A stretch of 62,267 nt of DNA, filler included, from Chiloscyllium plagiosum (Eukaryota): NCBI RefSeq assembly GCF_004010195.1. It is 4 parts of one record of this genome, joined end to end, with 100 filler letters (N's around TTAATTAATTAA, not from the genome) between each part and the next. Parts side by side here need not be neighbours in the genome. Positions count along the whole stretch, not along the records: positions 1 to 14,945 come from NC_057716.1; 3 more parts are not named here. The stretch is one strand, 5' to 3'. The notes under the pieces were generated by a model, which was given only the letters and a program-made list of their open reading frames with translations, did no database searches and was not told the DNA's origin. Positions 1-13,289 of the stretch are shown here, piece by piece. Position 1 is the first letter of the stretch, and every line of letters starts with the position of its first letter. Position numbers and translations under genes: made by a program.

Positions 1-740
1 CTGTTCGCCCTCCCCTTTTAGAACCTTATACACCCGATCGGAGACGTCCCGGACCCTGGCACCAGGGAGGCGACATACCTTCCGGGAATCCCGATCCTGA
101 CCACAAAATCTCCTGTCGATTCCCCTAACTATCGAGTCCCCTACCACGAGTACTTTTCTATTCTACACCCTTCCCTTCTTTGCCACAGTGTCAGAGGCTC
201 AGTGCCAGAGAACTGATTACTATGGCTTTCCTCTGGTAGGTCATCCCCCCCAGCAGTATCCAAAACGGTATACTTATTGCTGAGGGGAATGTCCACAGGG
301 GATCTCTGCACTGTCTGTCTGTCCTCTTTCCTCCCCCTAACTGTAACCCATTTATCCTTGTCCTGAGCCTTAGGAGTGACCAACTCCCGGTAACTCCTCT
401 CAATTACCCCCTCAGCCTCCCAAATGATCCGTAGTTCATCCAGCTCCAGCTCCAATTCCCTGACACGGTTTTCAAGGAGCTGGAGTTGGGTGCACTTCCC
501 GCAGACGTAGCCAGCGGAGACGTGTGCCCTGTCTCCCACCTGCCACATTCTGCAGGAGGAGCTAGCAACTGCCCTAGTATCCATACCCGACTTATCTGAA
601 CACCCACTCAGTACTAAAGTAGAAAGCTTAGTTCAAGTTGCTATAAAATTAAGAACAAACTTATATTCAATAGAGGAAGTTTAGAATGAACGTTACCTTA
701 TTAACTAGGTTAGAGGAGGAGGGCGGGTGGGAGACTCTAC
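1..740 (-). mobile_element. CR1-type LINE 5' region/ORF1 (zinc finger, leucine zipper, start of SGNH esterase), frameshifted
   Basis: ORF 141-584: CRMW...YVCGKCTQLQLLENRVRELELEL; after a frameshift, 1-150 reads VVGDSIVRGIDRRFCGQDRDSRKVCRLPGARVRDV, the GDS-type esterase motif of CR1 ORF1. Confidence 0.9.
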
Positions 741-1844
741 AGTAGGGCTGGGGCAGGGGGAAATGTTTCAGCATATTGGAGATGGGGTCAGATGCAGCTT
801 TTGAAAGTTGGTTCTGGATTGGTTCCTAAAAGTGTTTAAATTGGTGCACGTTTTTGTCAGCATTGGCATCAAGCAACAGAGACTATTCTGTTCTTTGTAA
901 ACAGCATTCAGAACTCCAGTCATGGGGAAACAGTTAAATCCACCATCTGTCTACCCATCATACCATCTAAAGCATATATAAAGGTGTTCCCATGTTAGGG
1001 ATTTAAATAATTATCCTCTTTTACTAAGCTGAATACATTCCTCATAGAAAAAAATTCAGGCATTGAGACCATTTCCAGATCTGGACCCCACAGAAGTCAT
1101 AAGTGCACCCATAGCTTGTATCTATTAAAATGCAACCAGTTAAGAGACCATCCAATTGGGGCAATAAATAATTTTGAATCAAAGCCCCCGCCCTCCCCCC
1201 GCCCCAGCCCTGGACTGATGGGAATCATAATAGGAACTGCTTGTGATGCAGTTAGGGGAGTTTGTGAGTGCTTCAAGGTCGAGGCACCCTCAGAAGCCTA
1301 CTGAAGATTTAAAGATGAGGAAGGCCCACAGCTCTTACGACCATCAGTGCAAAAGAGAAATTCCTCCATAGGAATGAGCATGTGACTTTTGGATTAAGGT
1401 AGCTCAATAGTGAAACTAGTGCGAAGAAGAGCTGCTGGGCTTTTGACATATTTAGTTACTACGGGTGTCCAGGCACATCGTGGTGCTGCTCCAACACTGG
1501 AATTATCCCAGTGGCATCTAAATATTAGCCCAAAGTAAACCCTCAATTTACCCTAATTGGCTGCCACTTTTTTAATGCCATCCACTGACAGAAAATGCAA
1601 ACAATGAAAAGATTTTCGTAACCCAACATATATCTTTCAGAATTTGCACCTGGCCTCACCTCCAAAGTGCTGAAACAGTTCCATCCTGTAAATTTGTAAG
1701 ACAGGATGGTACCTGAGTTCTAATGAAAGCCATAGCAAGGCTTCTCCAGAAAATAAAAGACCACTTTCTTCCTTGGGACAAAAAGAGCAAATAAGAAGGA
1801 TATTTTCTTTGTCTTTCATTGACATCACTGCAAATGTTGAAGGA

Positions 1845-1965
1845 GAAGTAGTAGATTTTTCCTGATTCTTGATGAAGGGCTTTTGCCCAAAATGTCAATT
1901 TTCCTGCTCCTCGGATGCACCACTCTAATTTTGACTCTAATCTCCAGCATCTGCAGTATCCACTT
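1845..1965 (+). mobile_element. Penelope-like terminal-repeat fragment with degenerate hammerhead core
   Basis: TTGATGAAGGGCTTTTGCCCAAAATGTCAATTTTCCTGCTCCTCGGATGC...CTCCAGCATCTGCAG matches the repeat at 30160-30287, 36625-36750 and 38217-38470. Confidence 0.7.
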
Positions 1966-2509
1966 CCGCCAAGATCTTTCCCCAGCATATACGCCTCTGA
2001 AGAAACATTATCAGATAAACCATCTCTCCCAGAAGTAACCACAAACCCAACCTCACCTGCTGCCCCTCCCCCCCAATCCACCTCACAGGTCTGTGTCCAT
2101 CTTTGTGAGCAACTGGGAGTTCTGCTGTTGCACCAGTGGAAAGGTCTTCCTTCATTTCTGGGTCCATGATTATTAAAAGTCCTCATGGATAAGCATTGCC
2201 TTCAAAAGTAATACAAACACACATTCTTACTTTTGGGGATAGTCATTATTTCTGTTATTAGTTCATCAAAGTATAAGTGATGTTTGTAGCTACTTCAGTG
2301 AGTTTTTCTACCCATTGGAGCGATATCAACAAATCCGTACAGAATTACACACGTGCTTCGCCTTGTACTGTCATTGTGACTGATCATCTACCTCAATTCC
2401 ACTTACCGACATAATGTCTAAATCCTTTCATTTCCCTGGTAGGCAAAATCTATCTTTAATTTCTTCAATGATTGATGTTCACAACTCACTAGGGTAAAGA
2501 ATTTTAATA

Positions 2510-3300
2510 CTAAATCAGAAATTGCTGGAGAAACTCAGGACGTCTCGTCACACCTGTGGAAAAGCGAAATTTGGAGATGCCGGTGTTGGACTGGGGTGTA
2601 CAAAGTTAAAAATCACACAACACCAGGTTATAGTCCAACAGGTTTATTTGTGGAGAGGCAGCAGAGTTAATATTTCAGCTCCTTTGATCCTTCTTCAGAA
2701 CTCTGAGTAGCTAGGAAAAGGTGGTATATATGCTGAAGACAGGACATAGATAGGAGGGGGTGACTGATGGGTGACCAATTTGCAGAACACGTATGTTCTG
2801 TCTGGGAAAATGACCCAATGCCATGCTCCCTGGCCAAATCCCATCTCAGGCCTGCTGCAGTGCTCCAGCAAGGCTCAGTGCAGACTGGAAGAGCAGCATC
2901 CCATTTTCCATTTGGGGACCCTGCAGCCTTCAGGAATCAATATTGAGTTTAATAATTTTAGAACTTGAACACATTTTTCTATGTCTCTTATCCAGCCCCT
3001 GTCATGACATTGGTTGCTTTCAGCACTGCAAAGCCATTTTCACCTTTTTATGGTCCCCATTTTCTTGCTCCCCAGCTTATCATTATCTTTGTCTGCCTAA
3101 ATGTCTTTCTCTCTCGGCTGCATCTCCATTTACTTGCTTTTTCCTCTATATAGTGATAATAAAAATATATAAAGCATTGCATGAAAGGAAGTCAGAAATA
3201 AAAACAGAAAATTCTGGAGACTTGCAACAGGTCTGTTAGAACATGTCATCTGTGGAGAAACAGAATATAAGTTTCAAGTCAATGAATGTTCATCAGCCTT
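2510..3300 (+). mobile_element. Penelope-like element fragment (GIY-YIG endonuclease C-terminus and flanking repeats)
   Basis: 2820-2968 encodes GLLQCSSKAQCRLEEQHPIFHLGTLQPSGINIEFNNF, a typical vertebrate PLE endonuclease C-terminus. Confidence 0.7.
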
Positions 3301-3416
3301 ATTTCTGCGATACGAAGAGACGAAAATGAAATACTGGGAAAGCAAGTGTCTTATATATTTCTGGTCCCAGTAGGTCCAGCAATTGAACAGGAGAAGATTA
3401 AAACATAAGAAATATG

Positions 3417-3740
3417 AGATTAGATTCCCTACAGTGTAGAAACAGGCCCTTCGACCCATCAAGTCTACACCAACCCTCTGAAGAGCCATGCACCCAGACC
3501 CATTCCCCTACTTTTACCCCTGACTAATCCACCTAACACCAAGGGCAATTTAGCATGGCCAATTCATCTAACATGCACATCTTTGGTCTGTGGGAGGAAA
3601 CTGCAGCACCTGGAGGAAACCCACGCAGACACAGGGAGAATGTGCAAACTCCACACAGACAGTTGCCCAAGGCAGGAATTGAACCTGCATCCCTGGTGCT
3701 GTGAGGCAGCAGTGCTAATCACTGAGCCACTGTGCCATCC
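3417..3740 (-). mobile_element. HE1-type tRNA-derived SINE
   Basis: Minus strand has Pol III box A (TGGCTCAGTGA) and box B (GGTTCAATTCC), conserved body, CR1-like tail GAAGGGCCTGTTTCTACACTG and AATCT repeats. Confidence 0.85.
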
Positions 3741-5334
3741 CTGTCATTCATCATTCATCTCCTCAAGCCTGCCTCACCATTTACTGATCTACCAAAGACC
3801 TCAATTCCTCTTTCATGCAGGCTCCTTATAGCCATCAACTCCCTGATATTTCAAAATTTATCAGCCTTCTTTTTAAAAACTTACAGTGGTCTAGGCTGCC
3901 CATCTTCTCTGAAGAATTCTTAGACATACCTACTACCATAATCGACTCCCATTTAACTTACAGCAAGTGGTTTTTGTATGTCCCATCTTGTTACAATGGA
4001 CATAGTAATTCTTTTATTTGTAGTTTTTCTACTACTACTACAACAATTTTTCCATGGCCTTTCATATTACCATCTCCCCCCCCCATGCAAGATATCATAT
4101 GTATCTGCCAGAACCACTGGTTCTTTGATTTTTAATGTGATGATACTGATCAAAGTGAGTTTTTAAATTTAAAGAATACCAGTTTTGAATTCTTCTAAGA
4201 TCATAATTGCTCCTGTATACTCAATTTGTTTTCTCTAGTTTGAAACCATTGACCCACAACATTTCTTTCTCCCTTCTCTTAGTTTAGCTTTGGTCAGAGA
4301 TTTCAAATATTCCACACTGTTATGTCTTCTTTTTCCAGAAAGTTCTTAGCAACATGCAAAGCCATCTTCAAATTCCTCACAGTAAACATGACCACAAAAT
4401 AGTCATTTTATGTTCAGAACCATTATATACCCATTAATTTGAAAAGAAAGACACAGATCCCTTTTAAATCAAGTGAATTCAAATTCAGCGTCAGCCCCCA
4501 ATTGTTCTCTCAGCTGAGGTTATTACGGAACATGTCAAAACCCTGACTGAAATCTGACTTAACAAATGATATTTTATTCTTTTTATTTAAGAGGTGGTCT
4601 TTCACTGAAAAACAACCATCTGATGGGAAAGTCCTAGTTTAACAATGAATTTTAATTTATTCCTCAAAAGATAAAATGGAATGAACCAAGCTAAGATTTC
4701 CAAACACACAGTAAAAATACAATCTCATCTATGTATCATCATTTTGCAGTATTCAAAGAGAAGATTACCTCCTCTTAGACATCTGTAGGTTTGATTTAAC
4801 TTTCTTTCAATTCCTGGTCTTGGGAGTTTGATACCCTCTTCCTGGAGTTTTAAGACATCTAAGCTTAAACTTTCTCAGCTCTGAATAACCCCTTTATATT
4901 CTGACCAAATACTTTAGTCTTGAACTTCCAAACTAAAGTCTTTGTGTTGAGATAACCTACTTCCTTTCTGTTCTGAATTATGCCCTTTCTTTTCAGGAAG
5001 AACTGTGTTTTCACATCTAACTCCTACTAGGACTTATTTGAACTAGAAAAGGAAGCTTTCCAAGCTGTGGGTTTTTTTTAACCTAAGCAAAACAAAATCA
5101 ATTCCTAATTCTTCTCACTGAAAGCAAGTTAATGCTCTTCAACATTTGTAACACTCCCAAATAAATTCCCACTATTACCCTGGCATTTTTTCTGACATAC
5201 TGGTTTAAAGAAGGTTATGTCCCCAGAAATACTGACAAGTTATCATTAATCCCCTCAAACATGCAATGCCACTAGTTCAAAATCCAAACTCTAAAATAGA
5301 TGCTATACATAATCTCATACTTTAAACCACATAT

Positions 5335-5548
5335 GAGAAAACATCTGGCTCATCAATGTCCTTCAGGGTCAGAAATTTGCTATCCTTATCTAATCTGGTT
5401 TGCATTTGACTCTCAAGCCACAGCAGCGTAGTTGACTTTTAATCGCCCTTTGAAATGGCCAAATAGGCCAGTCAGTTCAAGGTCAATTAGGGATGGGCAA
5501 AAAATGCTGGCCTTGCTGGCTGTTGTCCATATCCCATGAAAGAATAAA
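5335..5548 (+). mobile_element. Old SINE/LINE 3' fragment
   Basis: Ends CAATTAGGGATGGGCAAAAAATGCTGGCC...CATATCCCATGAAAGAATAAA, resembling the 3' end of the minus-strand LINE at ~17740. Confidence 0.55.
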
Positions 5549-6434
5549 GAGAAAAGAAAACCTCTGAGGCACTGTGAACCTTAAATCATTTGAAAGCGAG
5601 CCAAACGCTATGAAAATGGCAGAGGAATAGAACATTACTATCCCCACAATGAAGGCAGCTGGGTTGGGATTGCAGGGTGCACGCTTGCATCATGAACCAC
5701 AACTTTAGACAGCATTATTGAAAATCAGAAACTATGGAAATGGAGTCAGGAGTCCTGAAAGCAGGTTCTGAGAATGGAAAAATAAATTTTAAAGCATTGT
5801 GTTCAGAGCGATAAATCAATATTATGTTGTGTGTTTAAGCATCTTAATTTTCAATGTAACTGCTTATACATGTTTTTGAAAATAAGTCCACAGTATTCCA
5901 ATATGCCAGTGCTGTACTGAGTGATTCTTGGCTTTCAGCCCATAGAGAAGCTGTGTTAATCCTTATTGTAGTTCATTAGTGGATCATTTTTAATTCATGA
6001 ATAGAGGGAATAAATACTAACAAAATCTTTGTAGAATATATAGAAAATTAGGAAAACTTTTCTGGCTCAGTTGTAAAGAAAAAATAATCAAAATATTTGC
6101 ATATATAATTTAAAAAATGTAATGCATGTTGGCAAGAGTTCTGAGAGATGTTTGTTCCAAACACTGAGTACGAGAGTCTCATAGGATAACATCTCAATAT
6201 TAATTGAACTGATTCCAACATATCTTATGTTTCTGCAAGTGAAACATTAAACAGTGAAAGTTTTTATTGAAGAAATCTAGGAGGTTAAAAATACTGAGAA
6301 AGTAAAACAATCTCAGTGTTTCTACATGAACAGTGGAGCTAAAGTAAATGAGAAAATGTGAACTTTCTTTGATAATTCTGTTCATCTGCAGCTTTAAACC
6401 ATTCTTAATATCAGAGCTGATCAAATGTTTTTGA

Positions 6435-6522
6435 TTAGTAGACTGTTAGTTTGAAGCTTCTTCCTGCTTGGTAGTATTTGCCATACAATGTCTTAGAATC
6501 TTCAAACGCAGGATGCTTGTGG
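6435..6522 (-). CDS. Candidate terminal coding exon of an unidentified gene (HKHPAFEDSKTLYGKYYQAGRSFKLTVY*)
   Basis: Acceptor ttctattttttggctcag, one split-codon base plus 28 sense codons and TAA in non-repetitive DNA; AATAAA on the minus strand at 6263-6268; no upstream exon found. Confidence 0.45.
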
Positions 6523-6777
6523 CTGAGCCAAAAAATAGAAACTAATTGCTATGAGTTCAATGAAAGGAATTTCATTCACTAGTTGAAAAAAGTCCGTAAT
6601 CAAAAACCAAAGTAAAAATGACTCAGGCACTGTCATATGGAGGATCATGGTTAGCAAAGGCCTGATATCAGATTATCTTTTCAACACCCTCGACAAAAAT
6701 ATATTATCTAATACCTAGAGACCTGTAAGCGGAGACAAAGTTTTTTTAAAAAAATACAAATTGTGGATAAAAGGTAA

Positions 6778-7178
6778 ATCTGGAACATTTAACTGAAGGT
6801 GAAACCAAGACTCGGAACTTATTTCATGGAGAATTTGACACTTCTGTAATTCAATCAACTTCAAGAATAGATAAATCCAATTCCAGGCAGTGTAATATTT
6901 TATACATTAATTTACACCAAACTCCTAGCTGAAAGGTCTGAACAAATTCTATACTGTGAGCAAAAAATGATTAGGTGCTTGACTCAAGACCCGGTTATGT
7001 CACTTTTCCCTCCCTTCATATATTGTAATATCTGGAACAGTTAACTGAAGGTAAAACCAAGACTCGGAACTCATTTCATGGGGAATTTGACACTTCTGTA
7101 ATTCAATCAATTTCAAGAATAGATAAATCCAATTCCAGGCAGTGTAATATTTTACACATTAATTTACACCAAACTCCT
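6778..7178. repeat. Local direct duplication, ~149-bp units (6778-6926 and 7030-7178)
   Basis: ATCTGGAACA...TTTACACCAAACTCCT occurs twice, 252 bp apart, with a few substitutions. Confidence 0.95.
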
Positions 7179-7499
7179 CCCCACACTTCCGACTCCACCT
7201 AAACATTCTCATCTTCATGTGTCACTCTTAACCACATTATCTGGTCATTTGTCTAATCGTTATGTTTTAGGCCTCATCATATACAAATCGCTGCACTTTC
7301 TCCACATTGCATATTGACCACTTTAGTTGATTGGCAGTGAAATATTTTGGTATATACAAGGCAATATTTTGAGGCAAATTTAATTGTTGCTTGGCAGAAT
7401 ATAGGTTAACAAACGATAGTCAGCTTGAACTTGTTTAAGACAAATTGCACCTAACATAATTAATTGAATTCTCAAAGAAATAACAATGACAGAGTTCAC

Positions 7500-8830
7500 A
7501 GTGGTGATATTGTTGATATTATGAATATGGACTTCCAGAATGCACTCATAAAAAGTAGCACAGAATAAATTTGTTGGAAAATTCAAACAGTTAATGGGTT
7601 AGTGCCTTCAGGAATACAAAAGTGACCAAAGATTCAAACTGAACATCATGGCAGTTGTTTATCAGACTAGAGGGAAATATACAATATTCTTTATGTGAAA
7701 GAATTATGACCATTAATTTATAATAAATGTTAACGTCATGGGCCAAGATACAATGGGCATGATTTCAAAGACCATAGGTGATTCAATGCTTGAAAATATA
7801 GTAAGCAATAAGAACGCTGGCAAGTGTCAGAGGTTATAGACAAGTGAAATAAGAAAATGTATGGCAGATGAAATTTAATGCAGAGACATATGTGGCATAT
7901 TTTAGAAGCAAAAAATGCAGAGAGCGAATATAAATTATCTAGTATGACTTTAAATTGGATCCAGGAACATACGGCACACATGCACATACATTTGAAGATG
8001 GTCAGATCAATTGAGAAGTTGTTAAAACATACATTTGGAATCCTTATTATAAAGGAGCCATGAATATTATGGCAAGCATTTCTATATTACTGATAGCACT
8101 TTAGCTTACAATGTGTCCAATTGTGGGCATCATATTTTAGGAATGGTAACATGTCCTTGGAGAAGTTGTCGAGCACTTTTACCAAAATTATATCAGATAG
8201 ACTTCTGTTATGTGGAAACTAGAGAAACCGTAGATTCTCCTTGCAGTAGAGAAGGTTAGGGAAAGATTTAACAAAGGTGTCAAAAATTGAGAGGATTTCC
8301 TAAAACATATAAGAAAAGCAGATAACCACTGGCAAGACAGTCAGTCACCAAAGGACACAAATTAGATTAGATTAGATTACTTACAGTGTGGAAACAGGCC
8401 CTTCGGCCCAACAAGTCCACACCGACCAGCCGAAGCGCACCCACCCAGATCCATTCCCCTACATTTACCCCTGCACCTAACACTATAGGCAATTTAGCGT
8501 GGCCAGTTCACCTAACCTGCACATTTTTGGACTGTGGGAGGAAACCGGAGCACCCGGAGGAAACCCACGCAGACAAGGGGAGAATGTGCAAACTCCACAC
8601 AGTCAGTCGCCTGAGGCAGGAATTGAACCCAGGTCTCTGGCGCTGTGAGGCAGCAGTGCTAACCACTGTGCCACCGTGCCGCCCGATGTAAATCAATGTT
8701 ACAAAAAAAATAACAGGAGGTGAGAATGTTTTTAAATCACAAATGTTTATGAAATTGCCTCCGTATGTAAGCAGTAAAATGAGTAATTTATCTGCATACA
8801 ACTTAGAACTTGAAGTCAAAAGAGATTTCA
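7500..8830 (+). mobile_element. Highly decayed CR1 ORF2/3' fragment interrupted by a SINE
   Basis: Remnants such as ATGGACTTCCAGAATGCA, TGGCAGATGAAATTTAATGCAGAG and TGTGTCCAATTGTGGGCA parallel the younger CR1 at 25903-28400. Confidence 0.6.
8361..8684 (-). mobile_element. HE1-type SINE, young full-length copy
   Basis: GGGCGGCACGGTGGCACAGTGGTTAGCACTGCTGCCTCACAGCGCCAGAGACCTGGGTTCAATTCC head; (AATCT)n tail. Confidence 0.9.
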
Positions 8831-11516
8831 TCTATTTGCAATGGATTTTCAAATATTTGTTGTGTTGCTATAGAGAATGCACCAATTAAGAATGACTGAC
8901 AATTAACAGCCATGCTTTGTTTATATTTTAAGCCTGGTTGGTTGACTCGAATTGGTCAGTGCATTGCCCAAAGAAATGAATCAGCAACTGGCTATTACTT
9001 ATTTTAGTGAGTTGAAACAGGTGCAGTGCATGTATATGCTGTTTTTGTCTGCAAAAAATAGGGTTCTGTGTATTAATTTATGGAACATTACAGCACATTC
9101 AAGTCCTCCACATTTCAAAACTTCCTGATCATCCTAAATTGGTTGTCAGTGCAATTCTTCACATCTCAGGATTATCTGGCAAATTCTGTCCAATTGTTGA
9201 ATCTCATCTAATATTGAACACTGTGTTGTAAATTTTGCAAGCACAAGCTGGTTGGGTACAGTACTTTTTTTGTTGCAAAAACCAAGGGGATTTGCTTTAA
9301 AGTATGATCCACATACCCAGCATCATACCAGCACTGAAATTCAAATACCTCATTATTCAGTTCTGTGTTTGGCAAATGATGAGAACATCCTGTTAGTGGT
9401 GATGCTATTTGTATTGCTACATAGTAGTGGCATGAAACTGCCACTAGCTTCATCTGTTGCTCAATTTTAGTGATATTCAAATAGTTTGTAATACTTCCAT
9501 TTGATTGGTGGTACTAAATTTGCAGCAAACATGTAAAAAGCAGATATTTTATCAGAGAATCAAGAACTTAGCTTTAAGGTGAATCATTATGTGGGTAGTG
9601 GGTGCAGCATGATTGCATTATATGCTTGAAGGCACCATGGAAAGATCTAAAGCTTTTTCTTTGTCAGGCCTAATAGTAATTTGATTAGCCAGCTATCAAC
9701 ACTACATGTATGTAACAGGCAGCTCACTGACTTGGGTGGTAGGAAGAATCGTGGACGCAATCCCAATCAGGACAAACAAAAGTTAGGATTGTTTGACCAG
9801 GAAGAAGATGAGTATTCTTCCGAGAAATCGATTTTCTTTGCCCAGTTTCTTGAATTTTTTAAAAGAGTTTGTTTAAAAAGAAAAACAAACTGCTGTAGTT
9901 GTTCAAAATATGAAGTACAGATAATGCTGGAAATGCTCAGAGAATCGGATAGTATCTGTGGAGAGAGAAATTAAATGTAATATTAGGCTTGTGACCTTTT
10001 CTCAGAACAGTTTCCAAGTAGAGGTATGACTTAATGGTAGCCACCAAATGGATATGTGACAAGTAGGCAGTTAAAATCTCCCAGGATATTTACTCGATGG
10101 AAAGACCTTTAGATCCTGCTGGTCCAAAGTGGATGGGTCCAAATGTAAATATGCTAATTTGAACCATCCCTAAACTCCTGGTTCCTCTGACTTTGGTCTT
10201 TTCCTCCACTAAAGACCAGCTACATTTCTCAGGTATTAAGCCCATGTTCCAGACATCATTTTCTAAAGCTCTCTCACTTTCTACCTCATTCTCTGCCTGA
10301 ACAACCCTCCTCACAACCCATCTTTCACTCAGATTTTTATCAAAACTGCTTTTGTTTTCTTCTTGGCTTGTTACCCTTGTTTCAATGCTCCTCTGAAGAG
10401 TTTTGGGACACTTATCTTTGTTAAAGGTGCTATTATAAACAAAATATTTTTAAAGTTAGAATGAATTAGGTGCCCCTGTAAAATGCCATATGTTTGATGT
10501 AATATATGTCTTCCATGGGTCAGTGTGGGAATCAAATAAGACAGTCTTGAAATGTTATTTTCATTATCTTACAGAATTTCCTTTGTGAAACTAAGGAAAC
10601 TTATAACAATCTATAGCATAATATAAATATGTTATATAAATTATACAACACTATAAGTTTGCCTGCAATTTAGTAAGGTTGAATCTGCCCTTACAATTTG
10701 CAGTTTGTGATCAAAACAAGAAAAACAAACTGAAACTGATGCAACCGGATCCAAGACATTTTCAAATCTTACAGGATGGCAGCATTAGAAAGGCCTAAGT
10801 GTTCTTTGTCATTTATTGCCAATGCAGATTCATTATCACTGTAATAATCTCTTTGAACCATCCTTTTGCAGCTGTTTGCAGTAAACACTTCTTATCATCG
10901 TATCAATGGCTCTGTTTAGTTATTGTTTTTACTTCCCATTGACAGGCCGCACATTGGAAATTTCCTAAACAGACACTTATCTTGGTTGATTTGCTTTGTC
11001 TTATTTGCAAGTATAACCTGTTTTCTGTAGCTAGCAATAACTTAGACCTCCCTAATGATTATTTTTCTGTGATACTTGTTTCAAAGTAAAGTTTACATTT
11101 AAATCATGTCAACAATTGTCTGGAAATTAGTAGGATGTCCACTTTGCAAACTACAGTGATAGAAGAATTCACAAATATGTGGCTACTCTCCCATGACATG
11201 CAGACATGGAATCAAGACCAAACCTAAGGCTGAATCTTCTGTTTGTTTGGCTAAATTTGAGTTGCATTGAGCTTTTTGGAGGGTTTGATGCTGTGAAGCC
11301 CAACAAGTTCAATTGCTGTACCTTACCGAACTTGCCTTCTGAATACCCAACTTCCCTTATGACATTCCTCATGTCCAATTCACACCCCATCTTACCAAGT
11401 GCTATTCCTGGAATTCTTCAGCATCAATTGCACCCAGGATATTTGGGTGTTTTGTACCTAGACAAACACTGTCAGTCCAGAGCTACCCTGTATGGTTCCT
11501 TACATTTGTCCTGGAC

Positions 11517-11680
11517 ATGACAGACAATGGGAAATCAGCTCCCCATTTTGCAGACAGGGTTCGAGAGGTCTTGCTGGATGGCCTGATGTCAATGCAGGAC
11601 TTCCTGTGCACCTGGAGCAGCATTGGAAGCCCTGACATCAGATCATGCCAGCCTGGTCTGAGGATGCAATCTGGATTCAA
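11517..11680 (+). mobile_element. Possible degenerate PIF/Harbinger Myb/SANT-like ORF fragment
   Basis: GKSAPHFADRVREVLLDG, then after a frameshift KP*HQIMPAWSEDA, resembling the APRF...LEVLL...AWxEVA pattern of Harbinger Myb-like proteins. Confidence 0.4.
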
Positions 11681-13289
11681 AAAGCAGTCTCAACCACCTG
11701 GAAGAATACTCTGTATTGTGGGAAGAATACTCTATATTGTGGGAAGAATGTCTTGCCATTGGGAAAAGTGCCACCGTCCTCTCTCTAAAACCTCACACTC
11801 ACTCTGTCTCTGCTATTTTACCCACTTTCCATCAAGGCTAATGGTCTACTACTCTCACAATTGCCTTCAACATTTTCTCCATTTGCTCTCAGCCATCCCA
11901 GTCTATAATGTACTAACCCTGCATGCTGTTTGTGTTGCCTACTCACTCAATTGACACACCCCCCACCTCCACCAAAATTAATAGCTGTGCCTCCAATTTT
12001 CATCTTCTGTAATATTTGCTTCTCTCAGATGTCACTCAGATAATATTCTGCTCATTGTCTTCAAGTGTAGTTTGACAGGAATATAAGTAGTAATTGGATC
12101 AGGACTTCTTTTTGGGAATCAATCTGTTGGGTCATGTTATATGACAGGATGGGACTTGAAGCCAGATCTTCTGGCCCAAAGGTATCCCTATACTACCATC
12201 ATAGCACAAGATCTTTAATCATTTTTGCTTGGGAAAACTGCTATTAATTAAATGGTAAGAACCAATTAATGAACCTAAGCACTTCATTAACTCTGGTTTC
12301 CGATTTGAAAGCTTTTAACATCAAAACGTCTTATTACGCATATGTTTATATTCATAATTTATCAAGTGAGTCAGAAATGAAGGTGACTGCGACATAAGTG
12401 TATTTTAGAATAGCATTTTCTTTCTCATTTTTAGGATTGCTATAACTATGATGCAGTCTTCAAATACTTCAGTAACTTGAACGAAGTTGTTTCTTTATTA
12501 AGACAGGACAGATATATGAACAAACATCACAAACACAATTTGGCAGATACAGCAAAATAAATGTTTAAGGCATTCTGCCCCAATACAGCTGCGATTTGTC
12601 TTTCACAGGAGGGACTATACAATTGGTACATCAGAGGAAAACAAGTTGCCACTGTTACAGGATGCAATTTGTTACAGGTTATGGGGGTCTTATCTACTAG
12701 CTGGACAGGTAGTGAGGACCTGATGGTACCTGTTTTTGAGTCTAGCCAATGCAATAATACCAATCAGGCACAGGACCGGACAGCAATGGGTTTTTGACCA
12801 GTGTCAAAGACCCCAGAGACAGATATTCTGCCCTTGACAGCTGTTCACCAATCAGAGGCCAATATCTCTTTATTCAACCATACTGCCAAGGAGGTCGTTA
12901 ATGCAACCCCTAAGTCAAGGGCCCAAGCCATGGGTGAGCCAGGGCAAGAGAATAGCTATGCAGTGGGGGATGAGAGGGATGGGGTTCAACAGTAAGGATG
13001 GAGGGGTGTTCTCAGTGGCCTCAACTGTTCCTGATATTGGGGCCCTCAATCTGCTGCTGTTTGCCTGACAGCAAAGGACCAGACCCCCTCCCAGAAGTCT
13101 TCAAACAATCCTAAATAGATTTTTTTTTGGATTTTTCCCATGAAGAGTTCTCTGTCCTGCACTCTATGAATACCAGTGATGATATGATGATATCTTTAAA
13201 TAGGCATTAACTTCTTCCAAGTGGAATGGTCCAACGTATGTGATTGTAAAATCAAATCACAAGAGGATTCTGGGTAATCCAAGGTGGAG

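Noticed and set aside
8386..8831. Recurrent small ORFs (DCGRKPEHPEETHAD...) suggesting a protein family
   Set aside because: Chance translations of HE1-type SINE copies
12435..12560. Plus-strand acceptor followed by 41 open codons (DCYNYDAVFKYF...)
   Set aside because: No recognisable homology or partner exons; compatible with chance in AT-rich DNA
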